A stretch of DNA of 64,000 nucleotides, from the IMG/VR virus record IMGVR_UViG_3300017605_000140, positions 32,001 to 96,000 of that record; one strand, given 5' to 3'. Position 1 is the first letter of the stretch. Each line of letters opens with the position of its first letter. Shown piece after piece: positions 29,568 through 39,438 of this stretch. Position numbers and translations under genes: made by a program. The DNA is from a virus. Under the pieces are notes generated by a model that searched no databases, was not told the DNA's origin, and saw only the letters and a list, made by a program, of their open reading frames with translations.

Positions 29568-31466
29568 TTAGGCTGTAGTTGTTGTAGAAGCAGCCATCTG
29601 GTTAATATCAATTACTACGAACTCAGCGGGACTATTAAGAGCTAATCCTACTTGTACGTGAACTTCTCCAGCGGCGATTGTAGTTGGCGTGTTATTTCCA
29701 GAATCACATTGCACAAAGTATGCTTGATCAGCAGTATCACCTTGAAGAATTCCTTGTTGCCAAGCTCCTTGTAGATATTGCGTAACTACTGCGCTAAGTG
29801 TAGCCCATAGCGTTGGATTATTATTTTCAAATACCGCGAATTGGGTAAGCCCAGTAAGTGTGAATTGAATATTCATTAAGGTACGCTCAACTGGAACGTA
29901 GCGGCTAGGCAGATTAGTCAGTAATGTTCTAGCACCCATAACACAGAAACCATAGCTGGAAATATTACGAATAATATTTACACCATTAGAGTTAAGAGAA
30001 TCAAGATTACTATTCTGGAAAGCTAGTTCAGTTCCCGCTACCCTCTGCAAAGGAATAGTTACTCCAGCCGGGGCCTTCTGTACACCGTATAAACCATCAG
30101 TACTGGAGTACAAACCTAGTACCGCTCCGCCTGGAGGAAGAGTTCTGGTAGCTCCAGGAGTTGTAGAAATAGGATCTGGTACTTGTACCCAAGGACCATA
30201 TAGAGCTACTGAAGAAGAAGGAGTTAGCTGGGAATTTCCTACTACCATACGTAGGTAAGTATCCACAGTAGCTGCCTCATTAGGGGTAACTCCATCAGCA
30301 CCTATAGTAGCTCTTGGAACGTCTACTACAGCAAAGAGATTAGGCTGAGCTTCTGTGTATGCAAGAATAGGATTAAGAATAGACGTATCTGAAACACCGG
30401 GAAGATTTAAATCAATATTTCCCTGGATAGTAGATAGTTTCTGTGTAGCAGTAAGAAGGCTAGGCGTCGCTACTCCGTCTGATCCCCCAGACAAAGCTGT
30501 AGGAGCTTGAGTCTGTGGAGTAATAGCAGTATTCCACGTTGAGTAAGAACCTAGATCCACTGCCTGAATATACTTAGATCCAAGTAATGTTGAGTTAAGC
30601 ATAGATACGGCATACCGCTGGTCTGTACGATTCATTGTTACGTCGAGGAATCTCTCAACGATATTAGAATCTGCTGTTCCCCCATAACGTACTGTAAGAT
30701 TAAATCTTCCTGTACCAGTTACGCTGTCAGTAATATCTACATACACATTATTACCCCAGGTACCAACAGATACACAGCTAAGCTTAAGTATTGGTGTAGG
30801 TGTTCCTGTGGTGTTGTACAGAGGAATAGGAGTCATAGGAGTATAACTACCGTTATCAGTAAAAGTAACAGTAGGGGCAGTAACAGATGCAAGTAGCAGA
30901 GGTGTACCTAGTACGCCATCAACTGTTAGATTACGTCTATATACTCTATAAGAAGTAGCAGTGGCTACCGCTGTCCAGTTAAGAACAACGTTATTTGTAA
31001 CTGTAAGAGTTTGATTTGCGATTGCTTGTACTGGAATACCACCATTAGTTTCACCAGGGGATTTAACAGCGGTTACTGTGTACTCGTAAGTGTACGAAGG
31101 AGTTGTAGTTCCTCCAGGAGTAGCGGTAACACCAGTAGGAGGAAGAATTCCACCAGTACCAATCTCACGGTCATTTAATGTTTGAGTAGCTGTTATAGCA
31201 TCAGCAGCAGCAGCTCTTACTACATAGCACTGATTACCGTTATTAGTAAAGTATTGCCATACCGCGAAAGGTAGCAAATTGGCTGCTGTACCAAATCCCC
31301 CGTAAATATTGAGAAAGTCATTCCAGCTTTGAATAAGAGTAGGCTGTGTAGGTCCTTGAGTATGGACACCTATAAAAGCAGCCGTAGATTGTCCCGGACT
31401 AGTTTGTCCTGTAGACAGGGGAGTCAAGGATGTATTTACATATACACCAGGACGCTGATAGGTCAT
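29568..31466 (-). CDS. contractile tail sheath protein
   Basis: Y.RPGVYV, GP..PTLI.SW, PPGGAV.G, GV.KAPA, GART, FE.N...LW, PAEFV. Confidence 0.93.
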   Translation of the reverse strand: MTYQRPGVYVNTSLTPLSTGQTSPGQSTAAFIGVHTQGPTQPTLIQSWNDFLNIYGGFGTAANLLPFAVWQYFTNNGNQCYVVRAAAADAITATQTLNDREIGTGGILPPTGVTATPGGTTTPSYTYEYTVTAVKSPGETNGGIPVQAIANQTLTVTNNVVLNWTAVATATSYRVYRRNLTVDGVLGTPLLLASVTAPTVTFTDNGSYTPMTPIPLYNTTGTPTPILKLSCVSVGTWGNNVYVDITDSVTGTGRFNLTVRYGGTADSNIVERFLDVTMNRTDQRYAVSMLNSTLLGSKYIQAVDLGSYSTWNTAITPQTQAPTALSGGSDGVATPSLLTATQKLSTIQGNIDLNLPGVSDTSILNPILAYTEAQPNLFAVVDVPRATIGADGVTPNEAATVDTYLRMVVGNSQLTPSSSVALYGPWVQVPDPISTTPGATRTLPPGGAVLGLYSSTDGLYGVQKAPAGVTIPLQRVAGTELAFQNSNLDSLNSNGVNIIRNISSYGFCVMGARTLLTNLPSRYVPVERTLMNIQFTLTGLTQFAVFENNNPTLWATLSAVVTQYLQGAWQQGILQGDTADQAYFVQCDSGNNTPTTIAAGEVHVQVGLALNSPAEFVVIDINQMAASTTTTA

Positions 31467-31500
31467 TAATATCTCCTAGCTAACTTATAATTATGGATAA

Positions 31501-32121
31501 CTATACTACAGGTGGAAGAATAGCAATAGAATCCACAACTTTAGTAACCTTTGAATAGGCATCAATTTCAACAGGTAGTAATTCTGTTGAAACTCTTACA
31601 GTATAAATTGTGTGAAAAATTCTTTTTCCATCCGTATCATGTGTACTTTGTCTTTCAGGACCAGATAAAAGATCTAGTCTGCGTACTGTGCCATCTTCTG
31701 GAATAGCTAGATATCCATGTCTGACATTAAGAAAATCTGGTCCAGATAATACCGCAGAAAGAAAAGTAGAATGTTTATTATTTCTGGATAATACTTCTAT
31801 CTGATAATCAATATTATACGGTATAGGAGTAAAAGCCCAATAAGGACTTTGTGTAACATCTTCCATGGTATCAGTTATCCATTGATTAAAATTCTCTGGA
31901 GTATACGGAAGCTGGAACCATCCCGAGTGCGCTCTTTCAGGATCAAAAGATAAACCTACATTAGCTATGACAATAGATGGATAAGTAAGATTAGTAGTTT
32001 CTACATCCGCATCTAGCCATATAACCTGTACAGGTCTTCCAGTATCCGGGGCATTAACATCCTGGACAACTAAATTTTCAAATTTAGTTTTCATAGCTCT
32101 GTCTTCATTAAAGATGAACAT
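31501..32121 (-). CDS. tail terminator/completion protein
   Basis: position before the sheath; YPSI and P.PYNIDYQI motifs. Confidence 0.65.
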   Translation of the reverse strand: MFIFNEDRAMKTKFENLVVQDVNAPDTGRPVQVIWLDADVETTNLTYPSIVIANVGLSFDPERAHSGWFQLPYTPENFNQWITDTMEDVTQSPYWAFTPIPYNIDYQIEVLSRNNKHSTFLSAVLSGPDFLNVRHGYLAIPEDGTVRRLDLLSGPERQSTHDTDGKRIFHTIYTVRVSTELLPVEIDAYSKVTKVVDSIAILPPVV

Positions 32122-32132
32122 CTGTTCTCCTA

Positions 32133-33029
32133 TTAAGCTGTTTCAAATACTCCATGAAAACGTATAGTTTGTCCTGCTGTTGCGGCTGTCCAAGAAGAAC
32201 CAGCTATACCAGATGAACTTAGTTGGGTTAATCTTGGATCGGAAGATGAGGTAGCGCCGAATAATGTCATAGTATTCGCTCCTTGGCCATAACTTGCTAC
32301 AAGAGCTGACCGCACTGTTCCAGCTATTACCACTTGTCCCGATCCTCCAGAACGTGTTACTCCAGCAGTGTTATTAAAGGGCATAGTAAATGTATAATTA
32401 CCTGAGCCATAAGTAGTAGTTGTACCACTAGTAATAGTTATTTGAAAAGTACAAGTTTTACCGATTAGTGAGTAACTACTACTTATTGATCCATTGCCTA
32501 TATCTGGGTCAGTAACCGCACCTGTCCAAAGTACTGGATAACTTGTCCAAGCTCCTGTAGAAATATTATTAAATGTCGGAGAACCAGTAAAGTTTTTAAT
32601 ACCCGCCACTGTCTGATTTGTTGTAAGATCAACAAAATTTTTAGTAGTACTTCCTGTACCACCTTGAGCAATTGTTATTGGAAAAGCTGGTATCTGACTC
32701 CATACCGCAGCACCGGTTGCTGCATCCGCGCATACGTACACTACGTTTGTTGTGGTATTAAACCATGTGGAACCTACGGAATATCCCTGAGTTTGATCAC
32801 TGTTTACAGTAGGATTAGTAGTAGCTGTCATATTAGAAAAAGCATTAGCTAAACCTGTCAAATTTAATGCCGCTCTAGCTGCCGGGACATTTGTAAGATC
32901 CGACAGGTTATTAGCCTTTTGTAATGATGAAGCTGACGCATTAGTAGTATTATTATCTAGTTGTGTTAATGCGAGATTTAAAGGACTATCCCAATTAGGA
33001 GTGCCCTTAGCAATAGGTACATAAGTCAT
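32133..33029 (-). CDS. short fibre protein
   Basis: LQKANNLSDL...AAR..L and QGGTG fibre repeats; C-terminal beta knob. Confidence 0.7.
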   Translation of the reverse strand: MTYVPIAKGTPNWDSPLNLALTQLDNNTTNASASSLQKANNLSDLTNVPAARAALNLTGLANAFSNMTATTNPTVNSDQTQGYSVGSTWFNTTTNVVYVCADAATGAAVWSQIPAFPITIAQGGTGSTTKNFVDLTTNQTVAGIKNFTGSPTFNNISTGAWTSYPVLWTGAVTDPDIGNGSISSSYSLIGKTCTFQITITSGTTTTYGSGNYTFTMPFNNTAGVTRSGGSGQVVIAGTVRSALVASYGQGANTMTLFGATSSSDPRLTQLSSSGIAGSSWTAATAGQTIRFHGVFETA

Positions 33030-33038
33030 TTAATATCC

Positions 33039-35897
33039 TTAAGGTTCAATTAACATCCACGCAACACTACTAGTGTCAGTCGCAGAAGAGCTAGTAATAG
33101 TAAAGCTCGTACCATTAACTCTAGAACTTACGCGAAGGAATCCGACAGTGCCTCCACCATCAAGTTGAGAGGTTAAAAAGATTCTACTGTTTGATGTAAC
33201 TGCTGCGACTGACACAGTAGCGGTTCCCGCTACCAGCGCAACCGATCCTGATAGACGTGTAGCTCTCCATGTTCCTCCGTGTCGTACATAGAGATTGTTG
33301 CTAGTAGTATCTACGGCTAAAGTTCCGTTTAATTGTCCGTGAGAGAACGAAGCATCAGATGGTACGCCAGCTACAGAGGCTGTTACAGGATTACCGGCGA
33401 ATCTGGTAGGAAGAGTTCCACCAAACTGTGAACCATTTCCAGAAGTACAATTTCGGATATTAAAATCTGCGGTACTGGAAGAAGAAAAGAAGATATGGCT
33501 TCCAGTTGGGGCTGTAACATAATTACCTGTTACGCCGCTAAGATCTGCTGTACTTCCCGCACCACTGAATAGTAGAACACCAGAGTTAATAGTGGCTACA
33601 CTTCCGTTGGATATTAGTACATCATGTAAACCAGACATCTGAGCAGACCACGTTATTATTGTCTGTGGTGTAGAGTATCCAGAAAAGAAGTTTCCTGCAT
33701 AGCAATATAGATTATTTACCCAAATAGCTTTTGCAGAGTCATGAACAAATAGGTGAGAACCACCACGGAGAAGAGAAGATTCCATCTTACAGTTTGTTAT
33801 ATAAATACCATTAGGATTATTAGTGTTTCCGGTACCCTGCTCTATTCTTAAGGCACCGTTACTGAAGTTTTCCCAACGACAAGAATCAAATACAATTTGA
33901 TTAGTAGTATCAGCACTGAAACCGAAACCTGAAGCGGCAGCCGAGTTTCTTAGCCAAACTGCTGGAGTCACAGAATCTGCGGCACCGAAAGAAGATTCAA
34001 ACTGGCAGTTGTAAAATCTTGAATCCCAGAACTCTACAGCATCAATCAATACATCATTATTAGAAGTAAAGAAAACTTCTCGGAACATATTATTGTCCGA
34101 GTAGTATGTTCTCAGTACAGCGCCAGTTTGGTTATTACCATTAAGAGTAATTGCTTGAATACCAGCGTATCTATTGTGTGTAGCACCACTAGGATCAGTA
34201 GAAGGACCTGACATATCAATTAAGATACCGTTACCATTCTTTCTGATCTGACTTACTCTTCTACCATCTCCAGTAAGACGTACATTACTAGGAAGTGTTA
34301 GACATACACCAGATACAGGTGTCACTGCGTATGTGCCGGGTGGTAAGTAAACCTCTCCACCACCAGCAGCACTGGCCGCATTAATGGCAGCCTGTATGGC
34401 AGCTTGGTCATTCGTGCTGTTGTTACCTACAGCCCCATATACCGGGTCCTTAACATTGTATACTCCCAGAGATTTTATAACATCTCCAGAAGCTACTGTG
34501 CCAGAAATTGTTCCTACGTTGAGTACTGCGGCTCCGCCTAGACCTAGGTTAGTTCTGGCAGTAGTTGAAGAAGCCAAATCAGAAAGGTTAGAAGCCTTTT
34601 GTGCAGCCCCAGTAATTCTGCTGTCATCTCCTGCGGCTACTGTACCAGAAGTAGTTCCTATATTAGCGGTGGCTGCCGTTCCTAATGCTCCACCCGGGAT
34701 TACCGGAGTAGCGGAGAAAGTCTTCACACCCGCGATAGTCTGTGCTGTAGTAAGATCAACAAAATTCTGTGTAGTTGACCCTGTTCCACCTTGGTTTACT
34801 GGTAAAGCGGATGCTAGGTGTGTAGATACAACAGTCGGACTTGTGGCTGTTCCTGCTAGATCCCCGGCTAGTTGTACAATTCCTGTACTAGAACTTGTGG
34901 CTGCTACAGGAATTTGTCCGAATGCAGCAGCGTCTGTTGAAGCTGTACCGTTTGCTACATTGATAAGTTTTTGAGTATTCATATCTACTGAAGCTGTTGG
35001 AGCACTCATCTGATCTAAACGATTTGCACGAATAACAGAGTTTACGTTAGAAGTACTAGCGAGAGTAGGAGAAGGGTATGAGCCTGTTAGATCACCTGAG
35101 GCTGAACCACTGGGCGGCAGAGTGGCAGGAATCTGCCCGAAAGCTGCTGCATCTGTTGCTACAGTTCCATCAGCCAGTGAAGTTAATTTTTGACTGTTCA
35201 TGCTAACTGAAGCTGTAGGCACAGCCATCTGGTCTAGTCTATTAGCGCGAATAATTGAATTTACGTTAGCTGTAGCAGATAAAGTAGGTCCGGGATATGT
35301 TCCTGTTAAATCTCCAGACGCAGAACCAGTAGGGGGAAGTGTAGTAGGAATCTGCCCAAATGCCGCCACATCGTTAGAAGCACTGCCATTAGCCACTGCT
35401 AGAATCTTGTGGTTATTCATATTAATATCAGTAGTAGGAATATTAATCTGATTCAAAGAAGGCATAGCATGTACGTGACCAGCATCTGTAGCTAGTCCTG
35501 TAGTACCAGCCGCTCTAACACCTAAAGGCTGTATATCAGTAGCAGTACCGTCAAGTTGCACTATTCCCGGAATACTAGTAGAAGCTACTGGCAAAGTTGG
35601 TGTACCGTGAGTGTGATCTGCTCTGGCGTAGCTATTACTAGTTCCTACTGTTGGTGTTTCATCAAATAAAGTTTCTGGAACTACAGAAGAAGCTGGAGGT
35701 ATAACTACAGGAGTTTGCCATGTAGCAGTGGCAGGACTAGTAGCTGTAAGGGCATCACCAGAAACAGGAGTACCAGAGACTGTAACCCCGTTTATCTGCA
35801 CAGATGCCGCAGTTATAGCGCTTTGTAAATAAAGTAGCGCATCGTTATTTGTTATATCCCAATTCGCTTGTCCGCGTATAGGTAATACTAGTGCCAT
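33039..35897 (-). CDS. long fibre/tailspike with pectate-lyase-like beta-helix
   Basis: three neck repeats, then YNVKD..YGAVG....ND.AAIQAAIN....GG.VYLPPGTY. Confidence 0.8.
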   Translation of the reverse strand: MALVLPIRGQANWDITNNDALLYLQSAITAASVQINGVTVSGTPVSGDALTATSPATATWQTPVVIPPASSVVPETLFDETPTVGTSNSYARADHTHGTPTLPVASTSIPGIVQLDGTATDIQPLGVRAAGTTGLATDAGHVHAMPSLNQINIPTTDINMNNHKILAVANGSASNDVAAFGQIPTTLPPTGSASGDLTGTYPGPTLSATANVNSIIRANRLDQMAVPTASVSMNSQKLTSLADGTVATDAAAFGQIPATLPPSGSASGDLTGSYPSPTLASTSNVNSVIRANRLDQMSAPTASVDMNTQKLINVANGTASTDAAAFGQIPVAATSSSTGIVQLAGDLAGTATSPTVVSTHLASALPVNQGGTGSTTQNFVDLTTAQTIAGVKTFSATPVIPGGALGTAATANIGTTSGTVAAGDDSRITGAAQKASNLSDLASSTTARTNLGLGGAAVLNVGTISGTVASGDVIKSLGVYNVKDPVYGAVGNNSTNDQAAIQAAINAASAAGGGEVYLPPGTYAVTPVSGVCLTLPSNVRLTGDGRRVSQIRKNGNGILIDMSGPSTDPSGATHNRYAGIQAITLNGNNQTGAVLRTYYSDNNMFREVFFTSNNDVLIDAVEFWDSRFYNCQFESSFGAADSVTPAVWLRNSAAASGFGFSADTTNQIVFDSCRWENFSNGALRIEQGTGNTNNPNGIYITNCKMESSLLRGGSHLFVHDSAKAIWVNNLYCYAGNFFSGYSTPQTIITWSAQMSGLHDVLISNGSVATINSGVLLFSGAGSTADLSGVTGNYVTAPTGSHIFFSSSSTADFNIRNCTSGNGSQFGGTLPTRFAGNPVTASVAGVPSDASFSHGQLNGTLAVDTTSNNLYVRHGGTWRATRLSGSVALVAGTATVSVAAVTSNSRIFLTSQLDGGGTVGFLRVSSRVNGTSFTITSSSATDTSSVAWMLIEP

Positions 35898-35909
35898 GAG
35901 GTACCTTTT

Positions 35910-36731
35910 CTAAGATGTAATAATTCCGCCGCCATAACCGTCTTCTCCATAAAATCCTTCTCCATAACCAGTAACGCTAGGTCTTCCACCATATTCACCT
36001 TCTCCATAACCGCCTTCACCATAGCCTGATCCTGTTGGTGGGGCATACACTGTACTACGTAAAGTAGGAGATATTTGTTGAAGCTCTTTGCTCATCGCAC
36101 TAGCAGGTGATGACTGAGTGTAGGTAAGAGGATAAACTCCTCTACCACTATTATACGGATCATACGTTGCATCATTAAGACTAAGTCTTTGAGAGAATCG
36201 TTTATCATTTGGTATCGCGTATTGTGCAAACTGAACGTCATTTACCATTTCATCTGGTTTTACCTGTGTAGCATCTACCGCCACAATTATATCCTTCTGC
36301 TGAATTTGTCCTAAAATTTGAACGCTGGTTACTCTGAATACCTTAGTGTCATACACAAATCTGTCTTTAAGGTAATTCTGAGTATTTAAGTCCATACGGT
36401 CTAAACCAGCACGTTTTAACTGATCAAAGGATAATGTAATATGTGCGCGGTCATTATAGTAAAAACCGTTCTCGGTATTATCATTATCTCCTTCTATATG
36501 AATAACATGAAGAGCGGGCAGAATATTGGGACCGAAATATACTCTGCCTAATGGTGAGTCTGCCTCACCGTACGTAGGATCAACGCTAGATTGATCATAA
36601 GCAAATCGAAAATAGTAAACACTGTCGCCAGTCCATCTCTGCCAATCACGAAGACCCTTATAGATTTCGGCTGTTTCAAAATCGACGGAGAAGCGTCCAC
36701 CCTTCCACCCTATACGTCCGATTTGAACCAC
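35910..36731 (-). CDS. neck/head-closure protein with GYG-rich tail
   Basis: position; KDRFVYD.KVFRV; C-terminal GYGEGGYGEGEYGG repeats. Confidence 0.6.
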   Translation of the reverse strand: MVQIGRIGWKGGRFSVDFETAEIYKGLRDWQRWTGDSVYYFRFAYDQSSVDPTYGEADSPLGRVYFGPNILPALHVIHIEGDNDNTENGFYYNDRAHITLSFDQLKRAGLDRMDLNTQNYLKDRFVYDTKVFRVTSVQILGQIQQKDIIVAVDATQVKPDEMVNDVQFAQYAIPNDKRFSQRLSLNDATYDPYNSGRGVYPLTYTQSSPASAMSKELQQISPTLRSTVYAPPTGSGYGEGGYGEGEYGGRPSVTGYGEGFYGEDGYGGGIITS

Positions 36732-36767
36732 ATCCTTTTTCTATAAGGGTCTTCATTAATGATAAGA

Positions 36768-37592
36768 CTATAAGCCCCATTGGCCCCCGAAAATCTGACT
36801 TTGAAGATTACTTTCATCCTCATCACGACTATTGATGGGAGGCAATTGACGACGAGGAAAGTCATAGTCATCATATTCTCTGTCTTCAAAGATAGGAACA
36901 AGACGATTAGTTGTCTTGGATACTCTTCTGATCTTAGACATTTCAATACTGTTAAGTCCGATATTAAGCATGGCGCAAAGTTGATTATATCTTTCCGTCA
37001 TAGCGTCTATTTGCGAACGTAATTGTTGGTAACGCTGACTACGAGGCACTGTAGTCCCGTCTGCGCTCGAAATATCAATGTCGGTACTTGCATCCGTAGC
37101 TAGTGCCCAAAGGGCGTCTACAGTGGCTCTGAGGGCCACCAAGGTACCTTCTATATCTGGCAGGTTAGATAGATCTATAGGTACCGTTACATACTTGACA
37201 AAACCGTTGGAATCCTTGAATCTAGTTTTTAGTGTTCTACCATTAGTGTGCTGAAGAACTGCGTCACTGATAAAAGCACTTAATTCTTCATCAGAGAACA
37301 TTCCACTAGCTTGACCGGATATTACTAAAGTATCTCCTTGAGGAAGAGGAGAAGGAGCACCAGTAAGAAATATACGGCCTTCCTGGTAATTCATAGCATA
37401 GTCAGTTCCTTTAACCAAAAGTACCGGAACTTGATTTTTGATCCATGTTACTGTTTCATTCCAGATATTAAAATCTGTAAGGTCATAAGTGGATACCATA
37501 CCTGTACCTAGAAATGTATCGGAAAACGGCGCACCAGTATCTCCCAGCTCTACCCGGACTCTGCTAATAATATCTTGCATAGTAAATGCCAT
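36768..37592 (-). CDS. head-to-tail adaptor
   Basis: ISRVRVELGD...FSDEEL..F motif. Confidence 0.7.
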   Translation of the reverse strand: MAFTMQDIISRVRVELGDTGAPFSDTFLGTGMVSTYDLTDFNIWNETVTWIKNQVPVLLVKGTDYAMNYQEGRIFLTGAPSPLPQGDTLVISGQASGMFSDEELSAFISDAVLQHTNGRTLKTRFKDSNGFVKYVTVPIDLSNLPDIEGTLVALRATVDALWALATDASTDIDISSADGTTVPRSQRYQQLRSQIDAMTERYNQLCAMLNIGLNSIEMSKIRRVSKTTNRLVPIFEDREYDDYDFPRRQLPPINSRDEDESNLQSQIFGGQWGL

Positions 37593-37598
37593 AAGAGC

Positions 37599-38051
37599 CT
37601 ACTGTTGAGTAAAGGTGATATTAGCAACTGGTACAGTAATAGCCTGATTCTGAGCAGCTAGCACCGGGACATCCCATTGCCATACTGAAATTACTTCTCC
37701 AGTTGTCCCTGTAGCTGTTGTTACTAGCGCACCAAAGGTTGTGGGAGTTCCCGAACCATTAGTTGCAGTAAACGGACCAAAAGTTACTAAATTATTATTC
37801 TGGATCTGGCTTACACCATTTGAAGGTGAAGAAGCCGCAGTAAACGTTACTACTTGACGAGAATAGCCGGTAGCAGCTAATTCAGTTAATTCCGACATCT
37901 GAGGATCGGTGGGAATTGCTGCCGTAGTGCTTGGATCTACAGTAAGAAGAGCTACATAACTAGTTGTGGGAGGAGTCCAACCACCAAGAGCTGTTCCAGT
38001 AATCCAGTTTAAAATAGCACGGTCAGTAGTATCTGTTAGGTTACCTGACAT
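37599..38051 (-). CDS. virion structural protein
   Basis: YVALLT.DP...E....GYSRQ.VTF...N...VTF, a pattern common in virion proteins. Confidence 0.65.
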   Translation of the reverse strand: MSGNLTDTTDRAILNWITGTALGGWTPPTTSYVALLTVDPSTTAAIPTDPQMSELTELAATGYSRQVVTFTAASSPSNGVSQIQNNNLVTFGPFTATNGSGTPTTFGALVTTATGTTGEVISVWQWDVPVLAAQNQAITVPVANITFTQQ

Positions 38052-38066
38052 ATATTATTCCTTTTC

Positions 38067-38444
38067 TTAACGGTAACTGCCTTCCCATAGAAGGCCCTTA
38101 CTTGCTAGGTGACGTGCTAGATCTAATGGAACTGAATACTTACGACCCTCTTCAAACGTATAATGTTGCCCGGCACCAAAAGTCATCTGCTCTAAGGTGG
38201 TATTAGGAATAATAGTCTTATTAGAAGCCTCTAATTCAATTTCTTCCTCAACGTCTAGATCGTTATTCTGAACAGAAGTTATGGGTCCCTTAGTGTAATC
38301 TACTGGAATATCATTTATTTCTGTTTCAATTTCAGCCATTAAAGAAATTTCTTGGGCACGCTTCTTAAGTTCGGCAGCATTTTCTTTCTGAAGACGCTCA
38401 GTCTCAATACCTGTAAGGTCTCCGACACGCTTGCGAGGGGGCAT
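38067..38444 (-). CDS. hypothetical protein (head assembly region)
   Basis: AGGAG RBS; YTFEEGRKYSVP...A.HL..KG. Confidence 0.7.
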   Translation of the reverse strand: MPPRKRVGDLTGIETERLQKENAAELKKRAQEISLMAEIETEINDIPVDYTKGPITSVQNNDLDVEEEIELEASNKTIIPNTTLEQMTFGAGQHYTFEEGRKYSVPLDLARHLASKGLLWEGSYR

Positions 38445-38536
38445 TGTATTCTCCTAGTTATTATCTCAATTATTACTTAAATTATATCTTAATAGATTTG
38501 GGGTTTGGGATTGGTAGTTGTTATGAGGGCTAGGAC

Positions 38537-38566
38537 TTGACAACCCCTATCAGTCTTTGCTACTAT
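38537..38566 (+). promoter_or_regulatory. promoter of the HNH gene
   Basis: TTGACA-18 nt-TACTAT. Confidence 0.6.
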
Positions 38567-38593
38567 GTACCTAACAACAACGGAAGGTACAAC

Positions 38594-39361
38594 ATGTTTG
38601 AGTGTGGAAATGAATCCTGTAAGAAAGAAGTAAAACAACTACGTAAGGGTCTCTGCCAAGCTTGTTATCGTAGACATATGCGTAATGGGACCACTGATTA
38701 CCAGACTGTTCCTCCTCTAAGTCCTGATCTCATCATTGAAAAAACTATACCTGAAAACGGCTGTCTTATTTGGCAAGGATCTGTGGATAAGGATGGATAC
38801 CCCAGGTATTATGATCCTACTGTGCGAGAAGCTACAGGAGATGGAATTGTAAATGTCCGCCGATGGGTAGCGCAAGCAGAGAAAGGAAAGATTGTAGAAG
38901 ATAGTTGTGATAATCGTCTATGCGTAAATGTTCATCATTTACGCATTGCTACTGTTGCCACCGGAAGGAAAACAATGGCAGGAGTAAATTCAGTTAAGAC
39001 ACACTGCGATAGTATGCACGAACTTACTGATGACAACGTATACCTACGAAAGAACGGGGCACGATCTTGTCGTAAATGCGCATCCATAGCCTCCCGACGA
39101 AATTTCTTTAAGAGTACATATGGCATTACCGTGGAAGCATTTGAACAGAAAATTATCGATCAAAATTATCTTTGCCCTATTTGCTCAAGGGAACTTGAGT
39201 ACGGGCGCCAATCCATGGGAGCAGTTATGGACCATGATCATCTTACACTGAAAAACCGCGATGTTCTGCATTCAAAGTGTAATATTGGCCTTGGCCATTT
39301 CGAAGAAAATATTGAGTTTCTTCTCGGAGCTATCGAATACCTAAAGAAGCATAGTAGCTAG
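38594..39361 (+). CDS. free-standing HNH/endonuclease VII-like nuclease (probable homing endonuclease)
   Basis: C.IWQG...GY, CDNRLCVN..HL, KTHC..H, YGIT...Q...CPIC...DHDH...RD.L...CN.GLG.F. Confidence 0.85.
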   Translation: MFECGNESCKKEVKQLRKGLCQACYRRHMRNGTTDYQTVPPLSPDLIIEKTIPENGCLIWQGSVDKDGYPRYYDPTVREATGDGIVNVRRWVAQAEKGKIVEDSCDNRLCVNVHHLRIATVATGRKTMAGVNSVKTHCDSMHELTDDNVYLRKNGARSCRKCASIASRRNFFKSTYGITVEAFEQKIIDQNYLCPICSRELEYGRQSMGAVMDHDHLTLKNRDVLHSKCNIGLGHFEENIEFLLGAIEYLKKHSS

Positions 39362-39363
39362 TT

Positions 39364-39409
39364 TAGAAAATCCCCTAGGGTCTAGTAATAGATTCTAGGG
39401 GATTTTCTA
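39364..39409. terminator. bidirectional terminator between capsid and HNH genes
   Basis: TAGAAAATCCCCTAG / CTAGGGGATTTTCTA inverted repeat. Confidence 0.75.
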
Positions 39410-39438
39410 TTCCTAAACTACGGTATACTTTATTAGGA

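Noticed and set aside
14769-31466. Bacterial extracellular contractile injection system or tailocin
   Set aside because: Capsid, portal, terminase and replication genes are linked, so this is a true phage tail.
34384-34974. 196-aa + strand ORF (also 13187..13636, 52266..52787, 58136..58588 and similar)
   Set aside because: Antisense shadows of well-supported - strand genes, with no RBS or motifs.
38537-39361. Group I intron or intein hosting the HNH nuclease
   Set aside because: The flanking genes are intact, the nuclease is intergenic and antisense, and no intron core is seen.
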